NCBI RefSeq assembly: GCF_000737315.1
Contig: NZ_JMCB01000006.1
Span: forward strand, 20,001 to 268,000
Reading direction: 5' to 3'
Source: Hyalangium minutum
GTDB lineage: Bacteria; Myxococcota; Myxococcia; Myxococcales; Myxococcaceae
Length of the DNA stretch: 248,000 bases
Shown here: one piece after another, positions 1-12,100 of the stretch
Layout: every line of letters begins with the position of its first letter
Numbering within the stretch: the stretch's first letter is position 1
Notes under the pieces: model-generated
Database searches by the model: none
Seen by the model: the letters and a program-made list of their open reading frames with translations, nothing else
Told to the model about the DNA's origin: nothing
Position numbers and translations under genes: made by a program

Positions 1-1317
1 GCCCACGTTGATGACGGCGGCCGTCTGGATGCCCGCGAGGATGGAGGGCGCAGCCAGCGGCAGCTCGATGCGCCAGAGCCGTGCACGCGGGGACAGCCCC
101 AGGGCCTGAGCGGACTCGCGAAGGTCGCCCGGGATGCCTCCGAGCCCCGCGGCCGTGTTCCGGACGATGGGCAGCAGGCCATACAGGAACAGCGCCACGA
201 TGGCGGGCCGCGAGCCGATTCCCAACAGCGGGATCATCACCACCAGCAGCGCCAGCGAGGGCACCGTCTGGATGATGCCCGCGAGCCCCAGCACCACCTG
301 CCCTACCCGTGCCCGCTTCGCCGAGAGCACCCCGAGCGGCACCGCCACCCCAATCGCCCCGAGCAGCGACACGAGCACGAGGAACAGGTGCTCGCGCGTC
401 CGCAGCCACACCCGGGAAGCCAGGCTGTCCGACTGCGTCTCCGTCTCCAGGCCCAGCTTGCGCGCCAGGAACTCGGCGGCCACGGTGTCCTCGGGGACGC
501 GCTCCAAGCGGGCGCGAGCGTTGAGTCGCACCATCTCCGGCTCGGAGATCAGCCCCTGCAGCTCCAGGATGGCCGCGAGCACCCGCGGGTTCTTCCGAGC
601 CCAATCCTCCCGGTACAGCAGCACGGCGTCGTAGGCGGGAAAGTGCTTCAGGTCATCCTCGAGCACGCGCAGCCCGTAGGCCGAGATCTCCGCGTCGGTG
701 GAGTACAGGTCCGTCACCTGGATGGCACCGCTCTCCAGCCCCCGGTAGGCCAGGTCATGGTCCAGCCCCCGCACCTGCCGCTGGGGCAGCTGGTAGCGCT
801 CCCGGAGCGCGGGCCACCCATCGCCGCGATCCATGAACTCGTTGCTGAAGCCCAGCTTCAGCTCTGGGTGCGCGCGCAGGTCCGAGATGCGCCGGATGCC
901 CAGGCGCTCGGCCTCCGCCTCCTTCATGCCCAGCGCATACGTGTCATTGAAGCCAAGCGAGGCGCTCATCCCCAGCCCCTCGGCGGCCAGGGCCTCTCGC
1001 AGCGCGGCGTCATCCTTCAGCCCCCGCGAGGCGAACAGCTCCTGGCGAAGCGTCCCGGTGTACTCGGGATAGACCTCCAGCTCGCCGCGCTTCAGGGCCT
1101 CCCAGAGCACGGTGGTGCCTCCGAGCTCGCGCCGGTGCACCGCATGCGCCCCGGAGAGCCGCGCCAGCCGCGCCACCAGCTCCCCGAGGATGACGGACTC
1201 GGTGAACTTCTTGGAGCCCACGCGCACCTCGGGACGAGTGTCCGCCGTGGGCTCGGGAGCACAGGCCACCAGCCACGCCAGCCCCAGCACCAGCACGCTC
1301 GCGCTCAGGCCCCTCAC
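1..1317 (-). CDS. Osmoprotectant (glycine betaine-type) ABC transporter substrate-binding/permease fusion, runs off window start
   Basis: GTG at 1317 overlaps upstream stop; VRVGSKKFTES OpuAC-like motif then TM permease with IIQTVPSLAL. Confidence 0.85.
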   Translation of the reverse strand, partial: MRGLSASVLVLGLAWLVACAPEPTADTRPEVRVGSKKFTESVILGELVARLARLSGAHAVHRRELGGTTVLWEALKRGELEVYPEYTGTLRQELFASRGLKDDAALREALAAEGLGMSASLGFNDTYALGMKEAEAERLGIRRISDLRAHPELKLGFSNEFMDRGDGWPALRERYQLPQRQVRGLDHDLAYRGLESGAIQVTDLYSTDAEISAYGLRVLEDDLKHFPAYDAVLLYREDWARKNPRVLAAILELQGLISEPEMVRLNARARLERVPEDTVAAEFLARKLGLETETQSDSLASRVWLRTREHLFLVLVSLLGAIGVAVPLGVLSAKRARVGQVVLGLAGIIQTVPSLALLVVMIPLLGIGSRPAIVALFLYGLLPIVRNTAAGLGGIPGDLRESAQALGLSPRARLWRIELPLAAPSILAGIQTAAVINVG

Positions 1318-2111
1318 GCGCCGCGCTCCAGCACCCGCCGCTGCGCCTGGATGAAGCGGGTGACGAACGGATCCGCCGGAGACGCCTCCAGCTCGGCGAG
1401 TGTCCCCTGCTGCACCACGCGCCCCTCGCGCAGCAGGACGACGCAATGCCCGAGGAACGCCGCCTCGGAGAGATCATGGGTGACGAGCACCACCGTCATC
1501 CCGAGCCGCTCGAAGATGGCGCGCAGATCCACCTGCAGCTCGGAGCGGACCAGCGTGTCCAGCGCTCCCAGGGGCTCATCGAGCAGCAGCACCCGCGGCT
1601 CCAGCATCAGTGCGCGCATGAGCCCCACCCGCTGACGCTGGCCACCGGAGAGCTGCGCGGGAAAACGCCCGAGCGCCTCGCCCGGGAAGCGGGTCAGCTC
1701 CACGAGCGCCTCCAGCCGGGCACGGATGCGCTCCGAAGGCCACCGCAGATACCGGGCCATGAGCTCCACGTTCTGCCCGGCGGTGAGGTGAGGGAACAGG
1801 CCGCCGCCCTGGAGCGCGTAGCCCATGCGCTGGCGCACCGAGAGCATCGCCGCTTCCTCCGGCGGCAGCGGCTGGCCCTCGAAGAGGACACGGCCAGTGT
1901 CGGGCCGGATCAGCCCGTTCATCAGCCGCAGCAGCGTGGACTTCCCACAGCCGCTCGGCCCCAGCAGCACCGTGGTCCGCCCCGAGGGCAGCCGCAGCTC
2001 CAGGGGCTGCAGGGCCTGCGTGGTGCCGAAGCGCTTGGAGACCCCTTGAAGCTCGAACACAGGGGCCCGCGGCTCCGGACCCTCTGCGCGCGGCTCATCC
2101 CTTGACGACAT
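1314..2111 (-). CDS. ABC transporter ATP-binding protein
   Basis: Walker A GPSGCGKST, LSGGQRQR signature, LLLDEP Walker B; start taken at MSSRDE. Confidence 0.92.
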   Translation of the reverse strand: MSSRDEPRAEGPEPRAPVFELQGVSKRFGTTQALQPLELRLPSGRTTVLLGPSGCGKSTLLRLMNGLIRPDTGRVLFEGQPLPPEEAAMLSVRQRMGYALQGGGLFPHLTAGQNVELMARYLRWPSERIRARLEALVELTRFPGEALGRFPAQLSGGQRQRVGLMRALMLEPRVLLLDEPLGALDTLVRSELQVDLRAIFERLGMTVVLVTHDLSEAAFLGHCVVLLREGRVVQQGTLAELEASPADPFVTRFIQAQRRVLERGA

Positions 2112-2688
2112 AGACACAGGACGGATGCCCCCGCTTGCGGCATGGATGGGTCTCGTCATGCACGACGGAGCCCACCGCGTGGAGCCTCCGCAGCCCTCCG
2201 AACAGCATCCCTTTGTCGAAGGCGCACGGGTACGGGTTGTTGCTCTCCACCTCCATCGCCCCGTCCGGCCGCTGCTTCCACTTGTAGTGGCCAATGCCCT
2301 CCTGGAGGCGCCCCGTGGCCGAGTTCCACATGGGCCGCCCGTTCTTGCGGTGGTGCAGGTGGTAGCCCGCATCCATCGTCTCCATCATCGACTTCACGTC
2401 CTTGACGGAGGGCAGCCACTCCACGTTCTTCATCACCGACACGCCAATCTGGTGCAGCACCGAGTCCCCCATGTGCTGGCTGGCGCGCGCGAACGCTCGC
2501 AGGAACGCGTCGAACGGGTACCAGGCCTCCGGCTGCACCTCGACCATGCCGTCCGGGCCCTTCTGCCCAATCCCCTCCGCCAAGAGGATCTGACTGGCGA
2601 TCGACTTGAACTGGCCAAACGCATGCACCAGCCCCATCACGTTGCGTCCCGAGACTTCGATGCCCTTGAACTCGCTGAACGGAATCAT
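2095..2688 (-). CDS. Small HNOB/V4R-like hypothetical protein
   Basis: WYP, GIGHY, NPYPC and CRKRG..SCVY motifs shared with 178106 and 178645 paralogs. Confidence 0.6.
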   Translation of the reverse strand: MIPFSEFKGIEVSGRNVMGLVHAFGQFKSIASQILLAEGIGQKGPDGMVEVQPEAWYPFDAFLRAFARASQHMGDSVLHQIGVSVMKNVEWLPSVKDVKSMMETMDAGYHLHHRKNGRPMWNSATGRLQEGIGHYKWKQRPDGAMEVESNNPYPCAFDKGMLFGGLRRLHAVGSVVHDETHPCRKRGHPSCVYVVKG

Positions 2689-3092
2689 CGCGCGGAGGAT
2701 CCTCTCGAACCGGAGCAGGCGGCCTGATGATGGCACGCTTCCTCGGGCTCTCGACATCGCCCCTCGCAGCCGCCCTCCCCAGCAGGTAGGCAGTCCCTGG
2801 GGTGTCTCACCCGGAAGCACATCCACCACCTTTTCGTTCACGGACTGATCAGAAATCCGCGCAGGCCGGAAATTCGGCCCTGGAAGCGACGACAGAGCTG
2901 GAAACTTCCGCCCCTTCGGAATACCCACCCTCATAGGGTGTTTAAAGTTGCTGCATCCTTACGACGTACATTAGTATCCGAAATAGATGAGCCAATGCCA
3001 GACATGGTAGTGGCTCTGAAGCCACCCGCACGCGGACACCCGGGAGCAGGTGATGGGAAGCACTCCGTCACGGCCGTCCGCTCCCGAGTGGG

Positions 3093-5849
3093 GTGGGTAG
3101 TGCGCAGCGGGCTTGCCCTTCTGCATCCTCGGGGGATGGTGCAGAGGGGGCCCGCTGCGGTTTTTTCACCGCGGAGCCACCGTTCGCTCCTCGATGCAGC
3201 GGCTTGGACTGTCTGGCCGCCCTTGGGGGCCGGTGCTATCTGGGCGGGACGTCCTCTGCTCCTGTGAAAGCCGCCCTCCCCGCCACCACCCGACGCGCAT
3301 CCCTGGCACCGCAGGCCCTGCTCATCGGCTCGCTGGTGGTGGCATCCGCGAGCACGGCGCTCTTCCTGGCCACGGCGCAGAGCCGGGACACCTCCCGCTT
3401 CGAGAACCAGGTCCAGGCGACCCAGGACCGGATCTTCGCGCACCTGAGCTCGGACATCGCCTTGCTGCGCGGCGCCGCGGGCCTCTTCGCTGCCAGCACC
3501 TCCGTCACCCGCGAGGAGTTCCGCATCTACGTCGAGCGGCTCGACTTGCGGCGGTATGATCCGGGGCTCCAGGGGCTCGGCTTCGCCGCACGCATCCCCG
3601 CCAGCGAGCAGGAGCACTGGTTGGAGCAGGCACGCGCCGATGGCCTGCCCTCGTTCCACATCTGGCCCGCGGGCGCTCGCGACGAGTACTACGCCATCCT
3701 CTACCTGGAGCCCCAGGACGCCCGGAACGAGGCGGCGCTGGGCTTCGACATGTTCACGGAGCCCAAGCGCCGCGAGGCCATGGAGCGGGCCTGGATGACA
3801 GGGGAGCCTGCGCTGTCGGGCCGTGTCGTCCTCAAGCAGGAGATTGATAAGGACCAGCAGGCGGGGTTCCTGCTGTACGTGCCCGTGTACCGAGGCGGGA
3901 ACATTCCCCCCACCGAGGACCAGCGCCGGGAAGAGCTCGAAGGGTTCGTCTACAGCCCCTTCCGGGCGGAGGACCTGTTCACCGGCATCTTCCCGCCCAC
4001 GCATTCCCCGCGGATCCTCTTCCGCGTCTACGACGGGACGGAGGCGCAAGCCGGGCAGCTCCTCTATGACTCGGCCTCCGCCGAGGGGGAGCCTCCGCCG
4101 AGCACGCCCCGCTTCGTGCGGACCTCGCGCCTGGAGATAGCGGGGCAGCCCTGGACGCTCGTCTTCGCCTCCTCGCCCAGCTTCGAGCGCACGCTGCTGA
4201 GTCCCTGGGTGCCCACCGTGGGAGGCGCGGGCGTGCTGCTCAGTCTGATGGTGTACGCCGTGGCGCGGTCCCAGTTCATCGGCCGGCAGCGCGCCGAGGC
4301 CAGCGAGGCCGAGCGGGCCCAGCTCCTGACGCGCGAGAAGGCCGCCCACGCCGAGGCCGAGGCCCAGCGTACCTATCTCCATGAAGTCTTCATGACGGCC
4401 CCTGCCGTCATCGGCATCTTCCGGGGGCCCGAGCACGTCTTCGAGTTCGCCAACGCCGCCTACCAGAAGGTGCTGGGGAACCGGGAGCTGCTGGGCCGTC
4501 CTCTCTCCGAAGCCCTGCCGGACCTGGCGCCGGAGATCCTCGCCGTGGCGGACACCGTCTACCAGACCGGACAGCCCCACTCGGATCAAGAGGTGCGCAT
4601 TCCCCTGGCGTATAGCGCTGGCCAGCGCGAGGAGAAGTACTGGAACCTCATTTGGCAGCCGCGCCGGAACACCGCGGGCCAGGTGGACGGCGTGCTGCTG
4701 TACGCCTTCGAGGTCACCGAGCAGGTCCTGGCGCGCAAGCTGGTGGAGGCCAGCCGCGAGGAGGCACGGCGGAGCGCGGAGCAACTGCAGACCATCACCG
4801 ACACGCTGCCAGCGCTCGTCGCCTATGTGGATGCGCAGCAGTACTACCGGTTCGCGAACCGGGCGTATGAGACGTGGTTCGGCCGGAAGCCCCAGGAGGT
4901 GGTGGGCAAGACGATCCAAGAGTTCGTTGGAGAGAAGATCTACGCGCGCTTCCAGGAGCCCATCCTCCGGGCCCTGGCGGGCGAGACCGTGCGCTTCGAG
5001 GGCGAGCTGCCCCGGAAGGACGGGCAGAAGCTCTTCATCCAGTCCAGCTATATCCCGGAGCGGGATGAGCACGGGCAGGTGCGTGGCTTCGTGGTGTTGG
5101 CCTTCGACATCACCGAGCGCAAGCAGGCGGAGGAGGCCGTGCGCAACGCCGTGCGGCTGCGCGATGAGTTCCTCTCCGTGGCCAGCCACGAGCTGAAGAC
5201 GCCGCTGACGCCCCTGAGCCTGAAGCTGCAGACGCTGGCGCGTGATGCGGCAGCGCAGCCGGACTCGGCGTTCGTGCTGAAGGTCCGCACATCTGTGGAG
5301 GCGGGGCTCAAGCAGCTCAAGCGGCTGTCGGACCTGATTGGGGATCTGCTGGATGTGTCGCGGATCACCTCGGGGCAGATGAAGCTGTACTGGGAGCCGG
5401 TGGACTTCGCCGCCGTGGTCCGTGAGGTGGCCACGCGGCTGGAGCCCGAGGCGGCCCGGGCCGAGTCCCGCCTCATGCTGGAGCTGCCAGCGGAGGTGCC
5501 AGGCCGCTCGGACCGGATGCGGCTGGAGCAGGTGGCGGAGAACCTGCTGACGAACGCCATCAAGTACGGGGCGGGCAAGCCGATTCATGTCCGGCTGGAG
5601 GCGAGCCCCGAGCGCATCGCCTTCACCGTGAAGGACGAGGGAATTGGCATTGCCCCCGAGAACCAGGCGCGCATCTTCGAGCGGTTCGAGCGCGCCGTGT
5701 CCGAGCGGAACTACGGCGGCCTGGGGCTGGGGCTCTACATCACCCGCACCATCGTCGAGGCCCTGGGAGGCACCATCCGCGTGAAGAGCGAGCCCGGTCA
5801 GGGCGCCTGCTTCACCGTGGAGCTTCCCCGGGAGCCCGCGGTTTCTTAG
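3093..5849 (+). CDS. CHASE-PAS-PAS sensor histidine kinase
   Basis: CHASE (GFDMFTEP..ALSGRVVL), PAS domains, H-box SHELKTPL, G-boxes; true start probably downstream. Confidence 0.92.
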   Translation: MGSAQRACPSASSGDGAEGARCGFFTAEPPFAPRCSGLDCLAALGGRCYLGGTSSAPVKAALPATTRRASLAPQALLIGSLVVASASTALFLATAQSRDTSRFENQVQATQDRIFAHLSSDIALLRGAAGLFAASTSVTREEFRIYVERLDLRRYDPGLQGLGFAARIPASEQEHWLEQARADGLPSFHIWPAGARDEYYAILYLEPQDARNEAALGFDMFTEPKRREAMERAWMTGEPALSGRVVLKQEIDKDQQAGFLLYVPVYRGGNIPPTEDQRREELEGFVYSPFRAEDLFTGIFPPTHSPRILFRVYDGTEAQAGQLLYDSASAEGEPPPSTPRFVRTSRLEIAGQPWTLVFASSPSFERTLLSPWVPTVGGAGVLLSLMVYAVARSQFIGRQRAEASEAERAQLLTREKAAHAEAEAQRTYLHEVFMTAPAVIGIFRGPEHVFEFANAAYQKVLGNRELLGRPLSEALPDLAPEILAVADTVYQTGQPHSDQEVRIPLAYSAGQREEKYWNLIWQPRRNTAGQVDGVLLYAFEVTEQVLARKLVEASREEARRSAEQLQTITDTLPALVAYVDAQQYYRFANRAYETWFGRKPQEVVGKTIQEFVGEKIYARFQEPILRALAGETVRFEGELPRKDGQKLFIQSSYIPERDEHGQVRGFVVLAFDITERKQAEEAVRNAVRLRDEFLSVASHELKTPLTPLSLKLQTLARDAAAQPDSAFVLKVRTSVEAGLKQLKRLSDLIGDLLDVSRITSGQMKLYWEPVDFAAVVREVATRLEPEAARAESRLMLELPAEVPGRSDRMRLEQVAENLLTNAIKYGAGKPIHVRLEASPERIAFTVKDEGIGIAPENQARIFERFERAVSERNYGGLGLGLYITRTIVEALGGTIRVKSEPGQGACFTVELPREPAVS

Positions 5850-6144
5850 GCCAGTTCTTGAGCTTCATGAGCTGGAAGACGCCTGCGGCCACAAGCCCCC
5901 CTACAAAGAGGGAGACGAGCACCTGCAACCAGAAGAGATTCTTCTGGAGGACGTGGTCATCGAAGCACTTGGCCTCTCTGATGGCGATCTCGCGAGTGAG
6001 CGAGTCGAAACCGCGCACGTAGTCCCAGTCTTCGGCGATACGCCCGCACACCAGCTTCATTGAGGCCAGGAAGGTCGCAACAAAGACCACCTCGAACGTG
6101 GCTAAGGTCCAGAGCGGCCGCACCAGTCCATAGAGCCTGTGCAT
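5812..6144 (-). CDS. Small two-TM protein, putative immunity protein of the RHS toxin
   Basis: 3 bp downstream of RHS stop, two hydrophobic segments, atypically low GC. Confidence 0.5.
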   Translation of the reverse strand: MHRLYGLVRPLWTLATFEVVFVATFLASMKLVCGRIAEDWDYVRGFDSLTREIAIREAKCFDDHVLQKNLFWLQVLVSLFVGGLVAAGVFQLMKLKNWPKKPRAPGEAPR

Positions 6145-6147
6145 GTC

Positions 6148-9100
6148 TCAGCCTCCGGACAAATCGGAACCATGCCTCCATCCCTCTGGCAACTCGAGCT
6201 CCATGATGCTGAGCAACTGCTCCAGTTCTTCTTGCGCCGCCTCCTCATCATAGAGCCCGGCGACATGCTGAATCTCCGCGATGAAGGCAACCTTTCGATT
6301 ATTCGTGTTGGAGCCCCGGAAGAGATCTGCGCTCAGCAAGATCTCCCTACCTCGGGCCCGCCCGATGTAATGCTTGGCCGAAGACTCGCGGGACTGGCCG
6401 AAATCCACGACATAGATCTCCGCTCGCTCCGCTGCTGCTGTGAGAGCGGCGAGGCGGTCAGGATCGAGCATTCCGTTGGGATCGGAGCTAGGTATCTCGG
6501 TTCGACAGGTCTCCACGTCTATGTCAACGGCCCTCAACCGCTTGAGGTTATTGAAGTCTTCGTTCTCCCCCATGCGGCGCCCCACGGTCCCGGCGAAGAT
6601 GAAAGCAGCGACGATGATGATAATGACGATCGCCAAGCCCACCAGGAGACCGAACTTCCCGCTCGGGTCGACGTAAGCCGTGGGATTGCCACGGACGTAC
6701 TGATAGATGTTTGCTCCATCTACCATCCCAAGCCTGTCCGGCTGAATCCACCGCCCTAGCTTCGGATCCATGTAGCGGTCGCGGTGGTAGTTCAGCCCGG
6801 TCGAGTCGTGCTCGCGCCCTGTGTACCCGAACGCCAGCATCGGCCCGCTCCCACTCGTGGTCCTCGCCCCATAGGCATCGTAGGAGTTCGTCCTCACGAC
6901 GGCTCCCGTCTGATCCGCGATGGCCACAACGGAGCCGAGCGCGTCCGTGAGGGGGGAGTAGGTGCTGCCTGCCTGCTGGAAGCTGAGGATCTCGTCAGTG
7001 GTCTGTGGGTGGGTCAGGTAGCTCGTCGGGGTGGGGCTCGTGCTGGAGAACTCCTGGAGAACGGTCGCACCGTCGAGCAGGTACTGGGTCGAACCCGCTG
7101 GCGTCGTCTGCTTGGTACGAAGCCCCGTGGCGTCGTACTCGAAGGTATGCAGCTCTCCTGAAGCCAGGGTGACCTGCCGCAACCTGTTGTCGAGATCCCA
7201 GCCATACTGCTTCACCAGTTGGCCTGCCTTGGTCTCGCTCAGCAGGTTGCCATTGTTGTCGTAACCGTACTCAGTGGCCACGCCGCCCTCGAAGCTCCTC
7301 TCGAGCTGGTTGAAGGCGTTGAAGGCGCTGTTCACCTGCCGGTTCGTCCCGCCAGTCACCTCACGGAGCGCGGTTCGGTTTCCCAGCAGGTCCAGCGTGT
7401 ACCTCACGCTGCGCTGAGTCCCGTAGTCCACTCCCGTCAGCCGGTCGGATGCGTCATAGATGTAAGACTCTCGGGTCCCATCCGCGAGCGTCTTGGAGAG
7501 CCGGTTTCCTCCCGCATCGTACGTATAGGAGCTGCCAGCCACCACCGCGCCTTCCTTGGCATGGACGATGCCAAGCAGTTGGCTCGCGGCATCGTAGGAG
7601 TACGTCGTGGCGATGCCGTTGGAGCGTGTGATGCGCGTGCGGCGTCCCAGATCGTCGTAGCTGATCACCGTCCGCTGGCCGGCGCTGTCCACGGCCTGCC
7701 TCAGCAGATTGAGCGCGTCATAGGAATAGTGATGTTCCAAGCCCGCACTCGTGACGCTCGTGCGATTGCCGTTGGCGTCGTAGGTGTAGCGGAGCGTCCG
7801 TCCCAGGCTGGCGTCGATGACCTCCTTCACACGGCCCAGGGCGTCGTACTCGAGGGTTCGTGCATGGGTCCCATTCTTCTCGAGCGTCCGGCGCCCCGCC
7901 TCGTCGTAGTCGTACTGGTAGGTGCTCCCATCCTCGAAGGTCACGCTCTTCAGGCGCCGGTTGCCGTCGTAGGCATAGGTGGTCCGCCTGCTATTGCCAT
8001 CCACCTTCGCTGTGCGATTGCCTACGCCGTCATACTCGTAGCTCGTCACCACATTGAGGGGGTTCTTCTCCCACTGCAGCCTGTTGGCCAGGTCGTACTG
8101 GTACTGCGTCCGCTGGCTCCCTGCGGTCACGGACGTCCGGTTCCCTCGCCCGTCATATCCGTAGGTGATGGACTGATCGCCTTTGGTGACCCTCTCCAGC
8201 AATCCATGGGACCCGTAAGCGTACGTCGTAGGCGCCTGGCCAAGCTCGGAGCTGGCCTTGATTCTCCCTGCGGTGTCGTACTCGTACCGGCTCTCACGCT
8301 TCAGCGAGTCGACCTCGGACAGCACGCGGCCCATCCTGTCGAAGTCACGCCGGTACAAGCCTCCTGTGGCATCGACCTGAACGCAGGGCTGCGTCGTCAG
8401 CTCGGCACAGTAGCCCAGGACGGTACTGGCTCCGTTGGCCAGCACCGTCTCCACGTGCCTTCCGGCGGCGTCATAGCGCATCACCGTCCGCGCGTTCCGG
8501 GCATCCACCAGCGCCACCACCCGGCCATTGGCGTCGTACTCCGTCCGGCTCACCCCATTGAGCGCATCCTCGACGGACGTCACCCGCCCCACCGCGTCGT
8601 ACGTGTACGTCGTCACTGCCAACAAAGGGTTCTTCGTGGTGAGCCGGTGGCCTTCGGCATCGTAGGTGGACTCGAAGCGAGCATTCAGCGCGTCCACCAT
8701 CGCGGTGACCTGACCCGCGGCGTCTACCTCGAAGGTGTGCTTCTTGTTGTCGCTGTCCTTCGTTTCGGTGATGTATCCCGCTGAGTTGAAGGTCAGCGTC
8801 GTGGTCACCTGCTGGGGATCCGTCATCGTCAGGGGGAGGCCTTTGCTCCCATAGGTCATCCGGGTCACCGCAGGCCCCGGCTTCGTGAAGGTCTCCAGCC
8901 GTCCGCGCGCGTCGTAGCCGTAGCTCGCCACCCCGAGGCCATCCGTCCGGGTCTTCAACCGGCCTGCCGTGTCATAGGTGTTCGTCACCTTGGGCCGCCC
9001 CGTTGCCTCCACCGTGAGCACCTGGTTGAACGCCGTGTCATAGGTGTACTTCGTCACCCGACCATCGGGATCCCGCTGCTCGGTCATGTTGCCGCGCGTG

Positions 9101-12100
9101 TCATAGATGCGCTCGGTGACGAGGCTGCGCGCGTCCTTCTCCTGCGTGAGGTTGTGCGCCGTATCCCATTGGCGCTCGGTTCGATTGCCCAGCGGATCCA
9201 CGAGGACCACGGGATTCCCCGCCGCGTTGTGCTCGCGCTGCCACTCGTTCCCCAGCCGATCCACGTAGACGGCACGGCGGTTCACCGTGTCATAGAACGC
9301 AGAGGCCTTATGGCCGAGCGGGTTGATGCTTCCCACCCACCGATCCAGCGCGTCGTAGAGGGTGACCCAGACCTTGCCTCGCTTGTCGGTCCGCCGAACG
9401 AGGTTGTGCGCATCGTCGTAGGCGTACGTCTCCATGTTGTTGAGCACGTCCACGGCGCCGACGAGATCGTCACCCTCGTAGGCGTAACGCACCGTGCGGT
9501 TCGCGCGATCCGTCACCTTCGTGAGCTTCCCATCCGTGTACCCAAAGCTCAGCGCCACCTCATTGTCAGAGTCCCTCACTTCGGAGGGGAGCCCGTTCGC
9601 ATAGAGGATGTCGACACGGCTGCCACCCGGCTCCGAGATACTTCGCAGCCGCCTGGACGAATTGAACTCGTAAACCAGCCCCTCTTTCGTCCGCAGCCTG
9701 TACCCATCCGAGAGCACAGTCAGTGTCAGGTACCAGCCCGGCGGCGCGGTGAACGTCGAGCCCGATTTCTGGAAGCGCACCTCGCGCCAGTCCTCGGTGA
9801 TGTACGTCAGGCTCCCGTTCAGCTCGAGGCGAAGGTACATCCCGTAGCTGTGCATCCACCCGTACCCTAGCTCCGTCATCCCATTCCCTCGGGAGGCGTA
9901 CGTGCGGCGCCAGGTGATGGGCAGCCCCACCGCTGGGAGCGTCAGATCCGTCCACTGCTCCCGCAGGTTGCCAGTGGCCATGTTCACCGTGGAATTCACC
10001 ACGGCCTCGTCACAGCCACAGGCGGGTCCCTCGGAGGAGCCGCTGGAGCCCCCCGGTCCACTGTTGCTGCCGCCGTTGAGCAGCTCGCCGATCAGGTAGG
10101 CCCCCTCCCCCGTCACCGGGTTCTCCAGGATGTAGCCCTCCTGGTTGATGTACTGCTGGTAGTTGGTGGGGTGCTGGGGGATGGTGATCCGCCAACCTGC
10201 TGCCAGCGCCTGATCCACCCGGCTCATCGTCAGGTCCGAGAAGCCCTGAAGCAGGGCCCGGCCTGACGAGTCCTGCGGCGTGATCCGGAAGACGGGAACG
10301 CCCTGGCTCGCCGACGCCTGGATGATGCGCACCGCGGACACCGAGACGGTGGACATCACCTCTTCCCACACCTTGTGCTCGAGCGCGCTGCCATGGTGGC
10401 CCGCCAGCCGCATCAGCCCCGCCTGGTAGCGGAAGTCCGCATCCATCGGCATCGGCGTCACCGAGTCCCGCGCCACGTCCAGCACGTACTTGCCCGGCGC
10501 CAGCGAGAGCGGCGTGCCGTTCACCTGCTGCACCTTCAGCTCCTTGCCCGCCGTGCCCTCGATGACGTCCTGGAGCACGCGGTGGCGCTGAAGCCCGAAC
10601 AGCCGCGCCGCGTCCGCTCCCTTGTGGTGCGAGTACAGCGCCAGGGCCAGGTGGGCCTCGAACTCCGCGCGCTCGTCTCCCGTCAGCCCCTGCGCCTGCT
10701 GCCGCAGCGCCTGGATCTGGCTCACAGGCGTGGCGCCCGCACTCGCCATGAACGCGTACACACCTCCCGCGATCAGCGAGTGCTTCACCACCGCCGGAGC
10801 ATCTCCCGGAATGGTCACCTTCACGGTGAGCTCCTGCTCCACACCCGGCATCACCGCGCTGAAGCGCTTGGCCTCCTGGCCATTGACCCTCAGGGAGGGG
10901 GCCACGCGCACCGCGTACGGCCGGACTCCCGTGATGCCCCCCGCCGTCTGGATGGCGGCTTCATCCGTTGGGGTCGCTCCCGGATAGCGCAGCGCGACCC
11001 GCGGCCCCTGCAGCTCCGCCAGCTCGAACGTGGCCTTCTCGCCTCCGAGTGACAGCTCGACCGTGTGTCGGAAGCTCTGGGGCGGCCTGGCGAAGTGGAG
11101 GGGCTCCGACACCAGCTCCGCGGGGTGCTCGGCCGGCAACAGCCGGAAGAGGTCTTCTTGCACGGTGGCCTTGGCCAGCGCGTCATCCAGCGTGTTGCAC
11201 AGGTTGCGCAGCTTGGCTGCGTCCAGGAGCTGCCGCTCGAAGATCTCTCGCGGTGTGTCGGAGGTCAGCGCCCCCAGGTACGCATTGAAGTCGAAGGAGA
11301 CGAGCCCTCGCAGGTCCACGCCCTGGCTGTGCTGCACGCGCTTCAGGCCCGGATCGAGCCGGACCCACAGGTTCTCGCCTCCCCGGCCCGTGCCTCGGTA
11401 GTCCGAGTACGCCACGTACGCACGGACATAGGCGCGCTCGGTGAGGACACCCTTGCCGTCCTCCGTGAGGGCCGCCGGGATGCCCGAGGACGACAGCACG
11501 AAGGCGGCTGTCCTCGCATCCACCGCTCCTGTGAGCGCCTGGGCCTGCGCCGCAGAGAGCCGCACCGTCGTGTACTCGTAGCGTGCGGGAACGCCCGCCT
11601 CGCGCAGCAGGGCGATGAGCAGGGACGCCTGATCGAAGTCATTGCCGGCGCCCTCGGCGAGCGTCGCCGCCGCGCCCTTCTTGGAGCCGTAGTACAGCTC
11701 GGTCTTCACCTTCGTGTGCACGTGGTTGTAGAGCGCGAGCGGCTGGTTCCCCAGCGACTGGGCCAGCAGCTTCAGCTCCGGGCTGCGCAGCGTCTCGGGC
11801 GTCTCCGCGAGATCCTCGGGAGCCGGCTCCGGGAGCACGCCCAGCAACGGCATCAGCAGCCCCAGGTCCGTCATCACCGAGGCCAGCCGCACGGGGGCGC
11901 GCGGAACTCCCGCCAGCGCCGTCTCCAGCGCCACGGAGCTGCCATCCGCCAGCTCCACGGAGACGGACTCTCCCTCCAGTGACGCGTAGAAGGAGTCCAG
12001 CTCGGGCGTCCGCTGCCCCAGCGTTCCCTTGCGCCGGGGAGCGGGAGGGTTCGGCTTCAGAGGCTTGAGCCGTCCCAGGTCCAGCATGCTCCCCCGGCTG

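Noticed and set aside
6230-6300. Calling the RHS tip an active zinc metalloprotease
   Set aside because: AEIQH lacks the first His of HExxH; kept only as a hint
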